Below, piece after piece: positions 1 to 8,434 of a stretch of DNA of 64,000 bases. Origin of the DNA: a virus (Duplodnaviria; Caudoviricetes). Positions within the stretch are counted from its first letter, which is position 1. Each line of letters opens with the position of its first letter. The translations under genes were made by a program, and so were the position numbers. The notes beneath the pieces are model-generated. The model was not told the origin of the DNA and did no database searches. It worked only from the letters and a program-made list of their open reading frames with translations. The DNA lies in the IMG/VR virus record IMGVR_UViG_3300031555_001762; one strand, given 5' to 3'.

Positions 1-72
1 AAATATTATGCAAAAGAACATGGTATGACATATGAATATATCGATTAAAAGAATCATTTCAAAGGATTATAT

Positions 73-306
73 ATGCTAAATAGATTTCAATTTGGAACAA
101 TTTTAGATTACGAAACGATGGAAGACATTACGAACACTGGTATTTATGTCATTGATAAAAATAGCGGCAAGATACGAAAGAGTAGAGATGTCGATGAATA
201 TATAACTCATCAAGTAGTATTGGTAAATGACTATCATTTCTCAGATTGCGGTATTATTAATGCTGGTACAAAGTGTAGATGCTGGCACGTATATCTTGTT
301 CTTTAA
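73..306 (+). CDS. hypothetical protein (cassette ORF)
   Basis: 77 aa ORF; ATG 8 nt after site 42-65; stop abuts site 307-330. Confidence 0.7.
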   Translation: MLNRFQFGTILDYETMEDITNTGIYVIDKNSGKIRKSRDVDEYITHQVVLVNDYHFSDCGIINAGTKCRCWHVYLVL

Positions 307-336
307 GCAATAAAAGAACTATTTCAAAGGATGATT

Positions 337-552
337 ATGAAAGACATTCGTAAGAAAATTTTTGAAGTTATATCAGCTGTATTTTTTATAGCTGTAATTA
401 TTGGTTTTATATTACTTATTCTATCTGATATTGAGTATATTAAAATCGCTGCAACTTTATGTGGTGGAGCATTAGCTTTTTATCTTTTTTTATACGGCGG
501 TATTACTGTTTTATTATGGATTTTTGATAGATGCCCAAATCGTAGGCATTAA
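337..552 (+). CDS. small membrane protein, two TM helices (cassette ORF)
   Basis: Two hydrophobic stretches; RBS from site arm; stop lies inside site 546-569. Confidence 0.7.
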   Translation: MKDIRKKIFEVISAVFFIAVIIGFILLILSDIEYIKIAATLCGGALAFYLFLYGGITVLLWIFDRCPNRRH

Positions 553-576
553 AATGTAAGTTTCAAAGGATAGGTT

Positions 577-801
577 ATGGCTATTTGTTATCAGTGCGAC
601 CTTTGTAAGAATTTTGTAGGCAAAGAGATTAATACTATGCGCTGGAATAAGAATATCATTCGTTGCGCTGGAGGAATTGAATACAGCGGGTGGTCTACCT
701 GCACGGATATTCAAGTGTGTGATGACTGCGCATTCAAGATGTTTGATGCAGCAACAGATGGTAAGTTTAGTTCTGGCGAATTGATGTTTGAGAAAGAGTG
801 A
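577..801 (+). CDS. Cys-rich hypothetical protein
   Basis: CDLC and CDDC motifs; ATG 8 nt after site. Confidence 0.7.
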   Translation: MAICYQCDLCKNFVGKEINTMRWNKNIIRCAGGIEYSGWSTCTDIQVCDDCAFKMFDAATDGKFSSGELMFEKE

Positions 802-803
802 TT

Positions 804-980
804 ATGACAAATTGGGAAAAGTATTTTGGAACGCCTGAGAAGACTGCTGAAATGAGAGTTAAGTTTATTTGTTTTGAAGGTGCTGAAACGTGTGGCATTG
901 CGATTAACAATAAGTCTTGGGATGGAATTGTAGTTAACAAAGATGACTATATTGAATGGCTGAATAGAGAAGCCGAATAG
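804..980 (+). CDS. hypothetical protein
   Basis: ORF directly follows upstream gene; TAG stop inside site 974-997. Confidence 0.65.
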   Translation: MTNWEKYFGTPEKTAEMRVKFICFEGAETCGIAINNKSWDGIVVNKDDYIEWLNREAE

Positions 981-1004
981 AATGGCGATTTCAAAGGGGT
1001 AATA

Positions 1005-1193
1005 ATGGCTGAGCATAATATTAAATGTCCTCATTGTGGAGATAGTTATTATCAATACTTACATTCAACAAGTACGCTCATGGGTTGGACTCCTATTTAT
1101 AAAGACGGCGTACAGGTTAATAAGAATCCAAATAAGATAACCAAACATTTTCGTTGTCTGAATTGTGGTAATAACTTTTCACATACTATTTAA
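1005..1193 (+). CDS. small zinc-ribbon protein
   Basis: CPHC...CLNC; ATG 8 nt after site. Confidence 0.72.
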   Translation: MAEHNIKCPHCGDSYYQYLHSTSTLMGWTPIYKDGVQVNKNPNKITKHFRCLNCGNNFSHTI

Positions 1194-1206
1194 TATGTAA
1201 ATTATG

Positions 1207-1251
1207 TGGAGACCATTGTACTTATAGAGAGTTGATGTATAATGGTCTCCA
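1207..1251 (+). promoter_or_regulatory. sigmaA-like promoter embedded in a 15-bp inverted repeat
   Basis: TTGTAC (1216-1221), 16 bp, TATAAT (1238-1243); arms tggagaccattgtac / gtataatggtctcca. Confidence 0.5.
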
Positions 1252-1267
1252 TAAGAAAGATTGATAA

Positions 1268-1399
1268 TTGAATAAGGTTTGTTGATAGTATCGCTTTTTC
1301 TCTAATCCACGCAGGCAAAAGCATCTATGTTCGATTTCAGATAAAGCTAATAGGAGCCAACTGTCATGGATAGTGATGCTATCAACAAACTTTATTCGA
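1268..1399 (+). ncRNA. candidate structured ncRNA closed by a ~26-bp terminal stem
   Basis: 1270-1295 pairs with 1372-1397, with G-U wobbles as the only deviations; nested inner stems; no ORF; promoter upstream. Confidence 0.45.
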
Positions 1400-1430
1400 G
1401 CATTAAAACATTAATTTCAAAGGATAGATT

Positions 1431-1718
1431 ATGACGGAACGTGGTCTTAGAATGAATGTAAATCCAGTAGATGATTATGTTGGAGATGACATTCGTAATT
1501 ATATTACCAGAAAAGATTGCTTTGATTTCTGTTCTGAAGCATTCGGAGAGATGCGTTACTCAACAGAAGAGGAAAAGAAGCTATACGAAGATATGCTTGG
1601 TAAGTTATCTAAAGATGTTTCTCTATTTGATAGAGTGATATTGGGAGAGTGGGTATATAATCCTGATAGTGAGGATTGCACACTTCCCATTCGGGAAGAT
1701 TCATCGGCAAACTCGTGA
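1431..1718 (+). CDS. hypothetical protein (cassette ORF)
   Basis: 95 aa; ATG 8 nt after site 1400-1423. Confidence 0.65.
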   Translation: MTERGLRMNVNPVDDYVGDDIRNYITRKDCFDFCSEAFGEMRYSTEEEKKLYEDMLGKLSKDVSLFDRVILGEWVYNPDSEDCTLPIREDSSANS

Positions 1719-1769
1719 AATCTTCCCATTTGGTAAGAGCAATAAAATGAAGGTTTCAAAGGGGTAATT

Positions 1770-2258
1770 ATGAGTTTATGGGACGATTACATGGCAGACA
1801 TACAGTTCGAACATGACTTTCCATATGGGGTTGATTATAATTATTGGACTACCAGAGACGGAACCAGAATTAAATTATGCGATATGAGTGAAGAGCATAT
1901 TCGTAATTGTATGCGTATGGTTGGCGAAGATGATGCTTGGTACGATAAGTTTGAAGAAGAGTTATGCCGACGTTGTTTAGAGGAGGCATATATGGATGAT
2001 GATTTTGACTACAATGCAGCAATGGAATCACTCTATCCCGATACAGAATACATCATTAACAAGTCTGCATATGACAGCGGAGTAGAAGGTGTCAAGGAGG
2101 AGATTGTTCGTTGCAAGGATTGTGCCGACTGTACAGAAGAGGGTATTTATACACCGCAATATTATTGCAATAGCAGACGTTGGCACTATCTAAGCTGGCA
2201 AGGAACTCCTACAGACCCAGATGGATTCTGCAAGTGGGGAAAACGTAAGGAAGAGTAA
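1770..2258 (+). CDS. hypothetical protein with C-terminal RCKDC...FCxWG Cys-rich domain
   Basis: EEIVRCKDC...DGFCKWGKRK motif shared with next two ORFs. Confidence 0.75.
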   Translation: MSLWDDYMADIQFEHDFPYGVDYNYWTTRDGTRIKLCDMSEEHIRNCMRMVGEDDAWYDKFEEELCRRCLEEAYMDDDFDYNAAMESLYPDTEYIINKSAYDSGVEGVKEEIVRCKDCADCTEEGIYTPQYYCNSRRWHYLSWQGTPTDPDGFCKWGKRKEE

Positions 2259-2494
2259 TGACTGAGTGTATTGTTGAAATGATTGATGTTGTTATTTACG
2301 GTGGTGCTTTGCAGAAAATCCCAAATGCCAATAAGATTGGCGAAGAGATTATTCGTTGCAAGGATTGTGTGTATTCTGAAGAAACCCTATCTGGTATAAA
2401 CGGATATATCTGTGTGCGCATCAACGACCCGCGCTGCTGGTTGTCTGTTGGAGCTGGTGGTTTCTGTGCTTGGGCAGAACGTAAGGAGAAATAA
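2258..2494 (+). CDS. RCKDC...FCxW Cys-rich phage protein
   Basis: EEIIRCKDC...GFCAWAERK; TAATG overlap. Confidence 0.75.
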   Translation: MTECIVEMIDVVIYGGALQKIPNANKIGEEIIRCKDCVYSEETLSGINGYICVRINDPRCWLSVGAGGFCAWAERKEK

Positions 2495-2790
2495 TGGAAT
2501 ACATTTGTGATATTGGGATCTCATACGACACGATTGTTCGCAGGTCTCATGTTCGTGAGAAGATTGTGCGCTGCAAGGATTGCGAGATGTGCAAGGAATA
2601 CGAAATCTATGATGACAAGGGCAACATCGAAAAAGTAGAGCTTAGGTGTACCAGACCTATCATGTTTTTAGAAAAGGGCGGCATGTCTATGCAAGAAATG
2701 TTGTTTGGTTCTGATTTGAATGGTATGAATGTGGTTTTGCAGAATGTAAAGCCTAATGGATTTTGTTCATGGGGAAAGAAGAAGCAATAG
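2494..2790 (+). CDS. RCKDC...FCxWG Cys-rich phage protein
   Basis: EKIVRCKDC...GFCSWGKKK; stop inside site 2784-2807. Confidence 0.75.
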   Translation: MEYICDIGISYDTIVRRSHVREKIVRCKDCEMCKEYEIYDDKGNIEKVELRCTRPIMFLEKGGMSMQEMLFGSDLNGMNVVLQNVKPNGFCSWGKKKQ

Positions 2791-2819
2791 AATATTGATT
2801 TCAAAGAGATAGGATAAAT

Positions 2820-3068
2820 ATGAATCACGATGAAATGATTGCAAAGATGAATGAACAGGCAGATGCTATTGCAAATGCATTGAATATCGCATGGAATTAC
2901 GCTCAAATTGATGGTGGACATCATAAGATGTGGGTAATCGACCAAATGGTGAGAGCTTTATGCGGGACAGAAGAAAAGTATAAAGAGTGGGTTGATATGT
3001 ACCAAGAGCCTTTCTTTTTTGAAGGCATTGAAGATTACTACGAATGGGATACTGGAATTGCACCGTAG
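2820..3068 (+). CDS. hypothetical phage protein
   Basis: 82 aa, QIDGGHHKMWVIDQM...WDTGIAP; bounded by sites on both sides. Confidence 0.75.
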   Translation: MNHDEMIAKMNEQADAIANALNIAWNYAQIDGGHHKMWVIDQMVRALCGTEEKYKEWVDMYQEPFFFEGIEDYYEWDTGIAP

Positions 3069-3100
3069 TGCAATGAAAGATTGATTTCAAAGGATATATT

Positions 3101-3403
3101 ATGTGGTTTGTTACAGTTATTGAAAAGATGGAAGAGCGTTACAGTGATTTCGCTGACACTGGTGAGACTAGATGCTGGGGATTCTTTTCCGACAAGGGAA
3201 AGGCGGCTCAATCTCTTCATGAAAACTGGTTTGATATGCATGAGAACTTCTATGATTACGCTGTGATTGAAGAGTACGAAGAAGGTCTTTTTAATGATAC
3301 TGGTAAGCGACAGTGGTTCAAGTGGGACGAAGAACGTCAGGGGTATTTTGAGATTGAAGAGCCAAATGGCGTTAAGCATACTGTTTGTTTTGCTATTGGG
3401 TAG
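3101..3403 (+). CDS. hypothetical protein (cassette ORF)
   Basis: 100 aa acidic/aromatic; bounded exactly by sites 3070-3093 and 3404-3427. Confidence 0.75.
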   Translation: MWFVTVIEKMEERYSDFADTGETRCWGFFSDKGKAAQSLHENWFDMHENFYDYAVIEEYEEGLFNDTGKRQWFKWDEERQGYFEIEEPNGVKHTVCFAIG

Positions 3404-3434
3404 GCATTAAAAACCTTATTTCAAAGGATGGGTT

Positions 3435-3563
3435 ATGAAGAATATCGTTGAACGTATTTGGGTTATTTGCGAAGAAGAAGGTCTTACAGTCGAAGAGATG
3501 TATGATATTGTCTGTTATCTTAAGGTTTCGCTTGAAGAATTAATTGAACTTATGCATAAATAA
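3435..3563 (+). CDS. 42-aa hypothetical protein (not in ORF track)
   Basis: MKNIVERIWVICEEEGLTVEEMYDIVCYLKVSLEELIELMHK; ATG 8 nt after site 3404-3427. Confidence 0.55.
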   Translation: MKNIVERIWVICEEEGLTVEEMYDIVCYLKVSLEELIELMHK

Positions 3564-3659
3564 AGTTTCGAGTGAAAAATATATATATTTTTTCAACCAA
3601 GCTGCGAAAGATATATGCTATAATGCCAAACAATGCAAGTTAGTAGAAAGGCAATTGCA

Positions 3660-4112
3660 ATGCAAGTATCATTCAACATTGATATCAATGATTATATGAG
3701 TGCCAACGATATTGAGTATATGGTGCGCGAAGAAGTGCGATATCAAATCAGCGATAAGGTAGATCATGCTTTGAAGTATGTTGCTATTAGCGATATTATT
3801 TATAGCACTGCAAGTAAGATTGCCATGCAACTGCTAGAAGAGCAAGATGCAAACCTGCATCAGAAGATGGCAGACAAGGTTATTGAGTGCGTAGACGATT
3901 TATCGTTGTATTATATTTTCCGCGATGATGATAGGGGCAACAAGTCTAAGGGACAACTTGTTCTTGATGAGTGCGTAGAAGAAGCAAAGCCGAAGATTAA
4001 GCAAAAGGTTGATGACATTATCGAAGATAAGCTTAATGCATCTTGGCTTGTTGATGAGGTTGTTGATGCTTTCTATGGTAAGCTTAGTGAGCAATTGATT
4101 GGCAAGCAATAA
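3660..4112 (+). CDS. hypothetical helical protein
   Basis: Extended -10 TGCTATAAT near 3616; RBS AGAAAGG; stop inside site 4106-4129. Confidence 0.72.
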   Translation: MQVSFNIDINDYMSANDIEYMVREEVRYQISDKVDHALKYVAISDIIYSTASKIAMQLLEEQDANLHQKMADKVIECVDDLSLYYIFRDDDRGNKSKGQLVLDECVEEAKPKIKQKVDDIIEDKLNASWLVDEVVDAFYGKLSEQLIGKQ

Positions 4113-4136
4113 AAAGCTGATTTCAAAGGAGAGATT

Positions 4137-4640
4137 ATGGATCTTGTAGAAGTATTACGAAATGCAAACCATAATAATGGTTGTCTTTGTTTGGATATCG
4201 AAGAGAAGCTTGACATTAAGTTTGATGGTTGTGGTTGTGATACCTGCGAGAATACTTTCAATGTAATTGCTGATTTGATTGAGAAGTATTACTTCCAGAA
4301 GCCATTGTTTGAAGATGGCAAACCTGTAAACATTGGTGATGGGTTTGTTGATGGACAGGGCAATAATGACACCGTTTTATCGATTAGCTTTGACGATATC
4401 GATATGCACTTCTTTTCAATTAGTGGCAATTACGGAAGCACAACCTATCAATATGGTGATTACGTAAAGCGTCCGCATAAGCATGATGTTTGGATTGAGG
4501 TTGACGAATACCTGAATCAATATGCAGAAAGCTATATGCAACCAAATGGAAACGGCGTATACGAGAGCGTTAAGATGATTCCGCTGGATGTAGTTGACAA
4601 CGCAATGTATATGCTTAAGGATTTTTACGAGGATTATTGA
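4137..4640 (+). CDS. hypothetical protein
   Basis: 167 aa; ATG 8 nt after site 4106-4129. Confidence 0.72.
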   Translation: MDLVEVLRNANHNNGCLCLDIEEKLDIKFDGCGCDTCENTFNVIADLIEKYYFQKPLFEDGKPVNIGDGFVDGQGNNDTVLSISFDDIDMHFFSISGNYGSTTYQYGDYVKRPHKHDVWIEVDEYLNQYAESYMQPNGNGVYESVKMIPLDVVDNAMYMLKDFYEDY

Positions 4641-4651
4641 GAGGAGGGAAA

Positions 4652-4876
4652 GTGAAAAACTGCAAGGAGTGCTTGCACATGTATTACCATGTAAGATACT
4701 GGGTTTCCCCAGCACAAACTGGTAGACAAATGTGTGATATCAAATCGAAGAGAGTGTATGATTTTGTCCTAGATGATTTCGTACCATCTCGACTTGTACC
4801 CTGTGTCGTAATGAGACATTTGCCGTTCTGCGAGTTTGAACCAAAACACATCAAAGAAGCTTTGTATGAGAATTAA
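4652..4876 (+). CDS. Cys-rich hypothetical protein
   Basis: GTG start after GAGGAGG; CKEC motif. Confidence 0.6.
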   Translation: MKNCKECLHMYYHVRYWVSPAQTGRQMCDIKSKRVYDFVLDDFVPSRLVPCVVMRHLPFCEFEPKHIKEALYEN

Positions 4877-4962
4877 TTTTTTAATTCTCAATAGAAATTG
4901 TAAAATCAATGCTATAATAGACATTGTAAGTTTTAATCGCCCACAAGTTTTAAGGAGTTAAA

Positions 4963-5133
4963 ATGGGTAAGAATAATGCATGTAAGGCGGTTCCCAATCA
5001 TGGACTTCCGAATCAGGTACGCACGGCTTGTTCAATCTGTGGTTCTATTTGGACTGATGATGTTAAGGGAAGCTGTCCTACGTGTCATCGACGTATTAAG
5101 CAGCGTCAGTTCACGCAGAATGTAAATAAGTAG
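4963..5133 (+). CDS. 56-aa zinc-ribbon protein (not in ORF track)
   Basis: AAGGAG RBS; CSIC...CPTC; TGCTATAAT at 4910-4918. Confidence 0.65.
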   Translation: MGKNNACKAVPNHGLPNQVRTACSICGSIWTDDVKGSCPTCHRRIKQRQFTQNVNK

Positions 5134-5153
5134 TATCATTTAGGAGTATTGAA

Positions 5154-5336
5154 ATGGCTAAGAATCAGCAGCCGCGTATTTGCGCAAATTGTAAGCATTG
5201 GAAGCGTCACGATGTAGATTATGGTGAATTTCCAGAGGATGAATGCGGTTCCTGCGCCAAAGATGGCGAGACTATGTATGGCGATGATGAGGCATGCAAG
5301 GATTTTAGCGCAACAAATAAATCTTGGAAGCGTTAA
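5154..5336 (+). CDS. small Cys-rich protein
   Basis: AGGAG RBS; CANC...CGSC...C. Confidence 0.65.
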   Translation: MAKNQQPRICANCKHWKRHDVDYGEFPEDECGSCAKDGETMYGDDEACKDFSATNKSWKR

Positions 5337-5423
5337 AAACTAGCCAGAATAAAATAAGTGGTGATGGCATTAAATATGTGTCTTCACCACTCTAATTTAT
5401 TAGAAAATTATTAAACAAACCAC

Positions 5424-5452
5424 TTGCGAACTACATAAATATACTTTATAAT
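5424..5452 (+). promoter_or_regulatory. sigmaA-type promoter of the tyrosine recombinase gene
   Basis: TTGCGA, 17 bp, TATAAT. Confidence 0.55.
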
Positions 5453-5494
5453 AAAGATGTACAAAGGAAACGGCAATTAAAAGGAGGACTTAAA

Positions 5495-6295
5495 ATGACG
5501 AACCTAGCTGTTAAATTTGCACCTGTGGTTGAGCCAGTGGATAATAATACGATTATCTCTTTTGATTATATTAAGAGCCTTAAAGAACAAGAAGAGTCAA
5601 AGCCAAAATCCAACAAAGTAAACAATAGGGTTATTGGTGAATCTACTGAGGTATATGCATTTAGAAACACTGATGAAATTAAAAGCATGATTGATGTGCT
5701 GAATAAGCATATTGTTGAAGCTGATAATGATGACCTGCGTAAGATTGCATCTCGTAACAAGTTGATGTTTCTAATCGGCATTAATCTTGGCATTCGCGCA
5801 AGCGACCTTAGAGAACTTAAATGGTCTTTCTTCTTCCATAAGAATGCCAATGGAGATTTGGAGTTTAACGAGTCTTATACTATGCAGCCTAAAAAACAGC
5901 GTAAGCAGAAGAAGTTTGTTAAGCTACACTTTAATCAGACTGTTAAACAGGCTATTAATAATTATATTTCAGAGTATCCTATTAACAATCTAAATGATTA
6001 TCTGTTTGCATCTCGTGTTGGTGATAATCCCATTGAGGTAAACACACTAAGAAGAGTTATCAAGTCTACAGCCAAGGAAGCTGGTATCAAGCAGAATATC
6101 GGATCGCATTCTCTGCGTAAGACATGGGGATTCTGGTGTTGGCATGAAGCAATTGACAAAAACAAGGCATTGGTAATTCTGCAACAGGCATTTAACCATT
6201 CTTCTACTCAGGTAACGATGAGATATATTGGCTTGATGGATGATGAAATCTCCGATATGTATAACAGCATTAATCTTGGTTTGGATTTTATTTAA
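5495..6295 (+). CDS. tyrosine recombinase (catalytic domain, short N-terminus)
   Basis: GINLGIRASDL (R), HSLRKTWG (HxxR), FNHSS and TMRY (H, Y): full catalytic set. Confidence 0.9.
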   Translation: MTNLAVKFAPVVEPVDNNTIISFDYIKSLKEQEESKPKSNKVNNRVIGESTEVYAFRNTDEIKSMIDVLNKHIVEADNDDLRKIASRNKLMFLIGINLGIRASDLRELKWSFFFHKNANGDLEFNESYTMQPKKQRKQKKFVKLHFNQTVKQAINNYISEYPINNLNDYLFASRVGDNPIEVNTLRRVIKSTAKEAGIKQNIGSHSLRKTWGFWCWHEAIDKNKALVILQQAFNHSSTQVTMRYIGLMDDEISDMYNSINLGLDFI

Positions 6296-6301
6296 CATCT
6301 T

Positions 6302-6342
6302 TAAAGAGATGCAGATGTTCTCTTTACACCTGCATCTCTTTA
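6302..6342 (+). terminator. hairpin/terminator after recombinase
   Basis: taaagagatgcag...ctgcatctcttta inverted repeat. Confidence 0.55.
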
Positions 6343-6418
6343 TGTTAAGGTTATATACGCAAATAATACATTGAAAATTGAATAATTAAAAAACAAACAT
6401 TGAAAGGGATTGTTATAT

Positions 6419-7354
6419 GTGGGCAATGAATTCAAAAAGTTTGCAGACACATTTGAATCGCCAAATACAATTAAAGTAATTAACTCATTGCAAGCTTTAG
6501 GCCAATATAATTACAACGGCATTTCTCCAGTTGAATTAGAGCAGATTATCTTAGATATGAAACCTAACAGTCCGAAAAGTATTACGACTATTCTGTATGT
6601 CCTAAGCTTATATGCCAAATACCTTAAAGATGATAGGCTGTACAATATAGTTCAAGACGTAGATAGAAAAGTTCTATGGGTAATGGCTAAGCCAAATGCT
6701 TCCAAGAAGTTCATATCTAATTCTCAATTCAAGGAAACATACAAAGACGTTGAGTTATTCGAAGAATATAATTCCTCATATATATCTACATTGTTCAAGT
6801 GTATATATGAGGGGATATATTCTGATGATATGAGCGTTATTAAAAATCTCAGAGCTTCTGATGTTAACGGAAACATTGTTACTCTTAGAGAGGATAATGG
6901 CGGCACTCATGAACTTTATATATCAGACTTGCTTGCTAAAGAACTTGTTGGATTGGGAAGTGTAAATACATGGAGTCGCAACAACAGGTTCGGAGAATGC
7001 AAGGTAAAGACAACTGGGTTGTATGAAGACAGTTGTTTTAAAGTTGAGACGAGAGGCGGTAGCGACGAGTATTCATATCGTTATACTTACTATCGTATCC
7101 TGAGAAAGATATCGAAAGATTATCTTGGATACAATCTTTTGCCTTTGCAGCTATATGTAAGCGGAATCATGTACAGAATAAGATTGCGCTTAGAAGAGCT
7201 TGGCATGACGCTGGAAGATGCGTTTGCTCCGAATAACAAGAACAGGATTGTAAATAAGGTTATATCGGAAGAACTCGAAAGAAGCAACTGCAATACAGAG
7301 GTAAGGAATTTTAGGGAGATAGTAAAGGGGCATATAGATATATTCAGTAGATAA
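6419..7354 (+). CDS. degenerate tyrosine-recombinase-fold protein, possible MrpR(YopR)-like phage repressor
   Basis: SAM-like N-terminus; YEGI...IKNLRASD in box I region; LQLYVSG where HxLR is expected; follows a recombinase gene, reminiscent of SPbeta. Confidence 0.55.
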   Translation: MGNEFKKFADTFESPNTIKVINSLQALGQYNYNGISPVELEQIILDMKPNSPKSITTILYVLSLYAKYLKDDRLYNIVQDVDRKVLWVMAKPNASKKFISNSQFKETYKDVELFEEYNSSYISTLFKCIYEGIYSDDMSVIKNLRASDVNGNIVTLREDNGGTHELYISDLLAKELVGLGSVNTWSRNNRFGECKVKTTGLYEDSCFKVETRGGSDEYSYRYTYYRILRKISKDYLGYNLLPLQLYVSGIMYRIRLRLEELGMTLEDAFAPNNKNRIVNKVISEELERSNCNTEVRNFREIVKGHIDIFSR

Positions 7355-7504
7355 TGAAAATATTTACTTTTACTATTAGAACAAATGTTTTATACTTCTA
7401 TGTTGTAATGAATATTATGTTGTGATAATATTAGTTTGCTTATAAAATACATGCGCCCCGAACGTTTAATCGGGGTGGCCTGTGTAAAGGAGTTAGCGTC
7501 ATAT

Positions 7505-7777
7505 ATGGAAAGAGTAAACGGTAGAAAGATAAAGGAAATACACATGGATGCATATATAAACGAACCATATATGCTGCTTGCTAGAGTTATCGATAAGAAT
7601 ATATCTCATTGCATGAAAAACAACAGGGTTGTATTACGTAAGAATGACGATACTGTTCTTATGAACATACCTCTTGACAAGATAGAGGTTCGTTCCATTA
7701 GAGAGTTTGATAACTCGCATTATCAGGTGTTATTTGACTTAGATGATATACAATACAAGATATTTGCATCGTTCTAA
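7505..7777 (+). CDS. hypothetical protein
   Basis: AAGGAG upstream; open frame. Confidence 0.55.
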   Translation: MERVNGRKIKEIHMDAYINEPYMLLARVIDKNISHCMKNNRVVLRKNDDTVLMNIPLDKIEVRSIREFDNSHYQVLFDLDDIQYKIFASF

Positions 7778-7852
7778 GCATTAACATTATGTTAATGCTG
7801 GTTTGGATTCTAAACTATCAAGGTTATATGTTTAAAGTGGAAAAGGTTTGAT

Positions 7853-7951
7853 ATGATTGCTGTTAGCGGATTTAAAGCAATGATGTTTTTCGTTGGAGTT
7901 GCTTTTGGTATTCTAATTTGGAAAGTTGTATCAGATAAGTTTGGAGTGTAG
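7853..7951 (+). CDS. 32-aa single-TM peptide (not in ORF track)
   Basis: MIAVSGFKAMMFFVGVAFGILIWKVVSDKFGV; AAAGG RBS; follows GTTATATG motif. Confidence 0.45.
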   Translation: MIAVSGFKAMMFFVGVAFGILIWKVVSDKFGV

Positions 7952-7954
7952 GAT

Positions 7955-8185
7955 ATGAATGATCATATTTATTGTAAGGATTGCAGATATTCTCTAGTGT
8001 ATGATGAGGAAAACACACTGTATCTAAAATGTCCTGCTTGCGATAAGGTGTTAGTTGATCGCAGAGCAGAAGACGTTTGGAAGGAGCCATTAACCATTGC
8101 GAGTTATGGCAAGAACTGGAATGGATTCTGGATCAATATTAAAGACAGTGAGGGAAATACCCACACGTGTTGGAGAAACAAATAG
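7955..8185 (+). CDS. small zinc-finger protein
   Basis: CKDC...CPAC. Confidence 0.65.
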   Translation: MNDHIYCKDCRYSLVYDEENTLYLKCPACDKVLVDRRAEDVWKEPLTIASYGKNWNGFWINIKDSEGNTHTCWRNK

Positions 8186-8215
8186 AAAAAATTTCAAAAA
8201 AGTTCTAAAAAATAA

Positions 8216-8349
8216 TTGACAGCAATTTGAAATGGTATATAATAGTAAATGTCAGATATCGAGTTCAAAAAAATTTAAAAGAATTTTCAAAAAACTTTTA
8301 AATTTCTCTTGTAACTGAAAAGGTTATATGCTAAAATAGTAAATGTCAG
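8216..8349 (+). promoter_or_regulatory. tandem sigmaA-type promoters driving the tRNA cluster
   Basis: TTGACA-16-TATAAT (8216-8243) and TTGTAA-17-TAAAAT (8309-8337), each running into the repeat AATAGTAAATGTCAG. Confidence 0.65.
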
Positions 8350-8434
8350 TTGAAAGAAACTGAAAGCAGAAGTCGAAAAGCTGACAGTAGATTGAAAAGT
8401 TTAAATACAGTTATTAGATGAAACAGACACAAGT

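Larger units (their letters stand above)
42..4129 (+). repeat. Array of ten 24-bp imperfect palindromic sites (9-bp arm, variable 6-bp spacer, 9-bp arm) separating small genes
   Basis: Copies at 42-65, 307-330, 546-569, 974-997, 1400-1423, 1739-1762, 2784-2807, 3070-3093, 3404-3427, 4106-4129; consensus GCAWTRRAA-N6-TTTCAAAGG. Confidence 0.92.

Noticed and set aside
1298-1315. TGCGTGGATT on - strand resembling a type I-C repeat 3' end (Racr-like)
   Set aside because: Only about 10 nt match; the rest of the repeat hairpin is absent.
42-4129. CRISPR array (arms resemble ATTGAAA/TTTCAA repeat ends)
   Set aside because: Intervening segments are 215-1021 bp of intact genes, the repeat centre varies, and there is no cas operon.
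42-4129. Classical integron attC sites
   Set aside because: No RYYYAAC...GTTRRRY long imperfect hairpins; the sites are only 24 bp.
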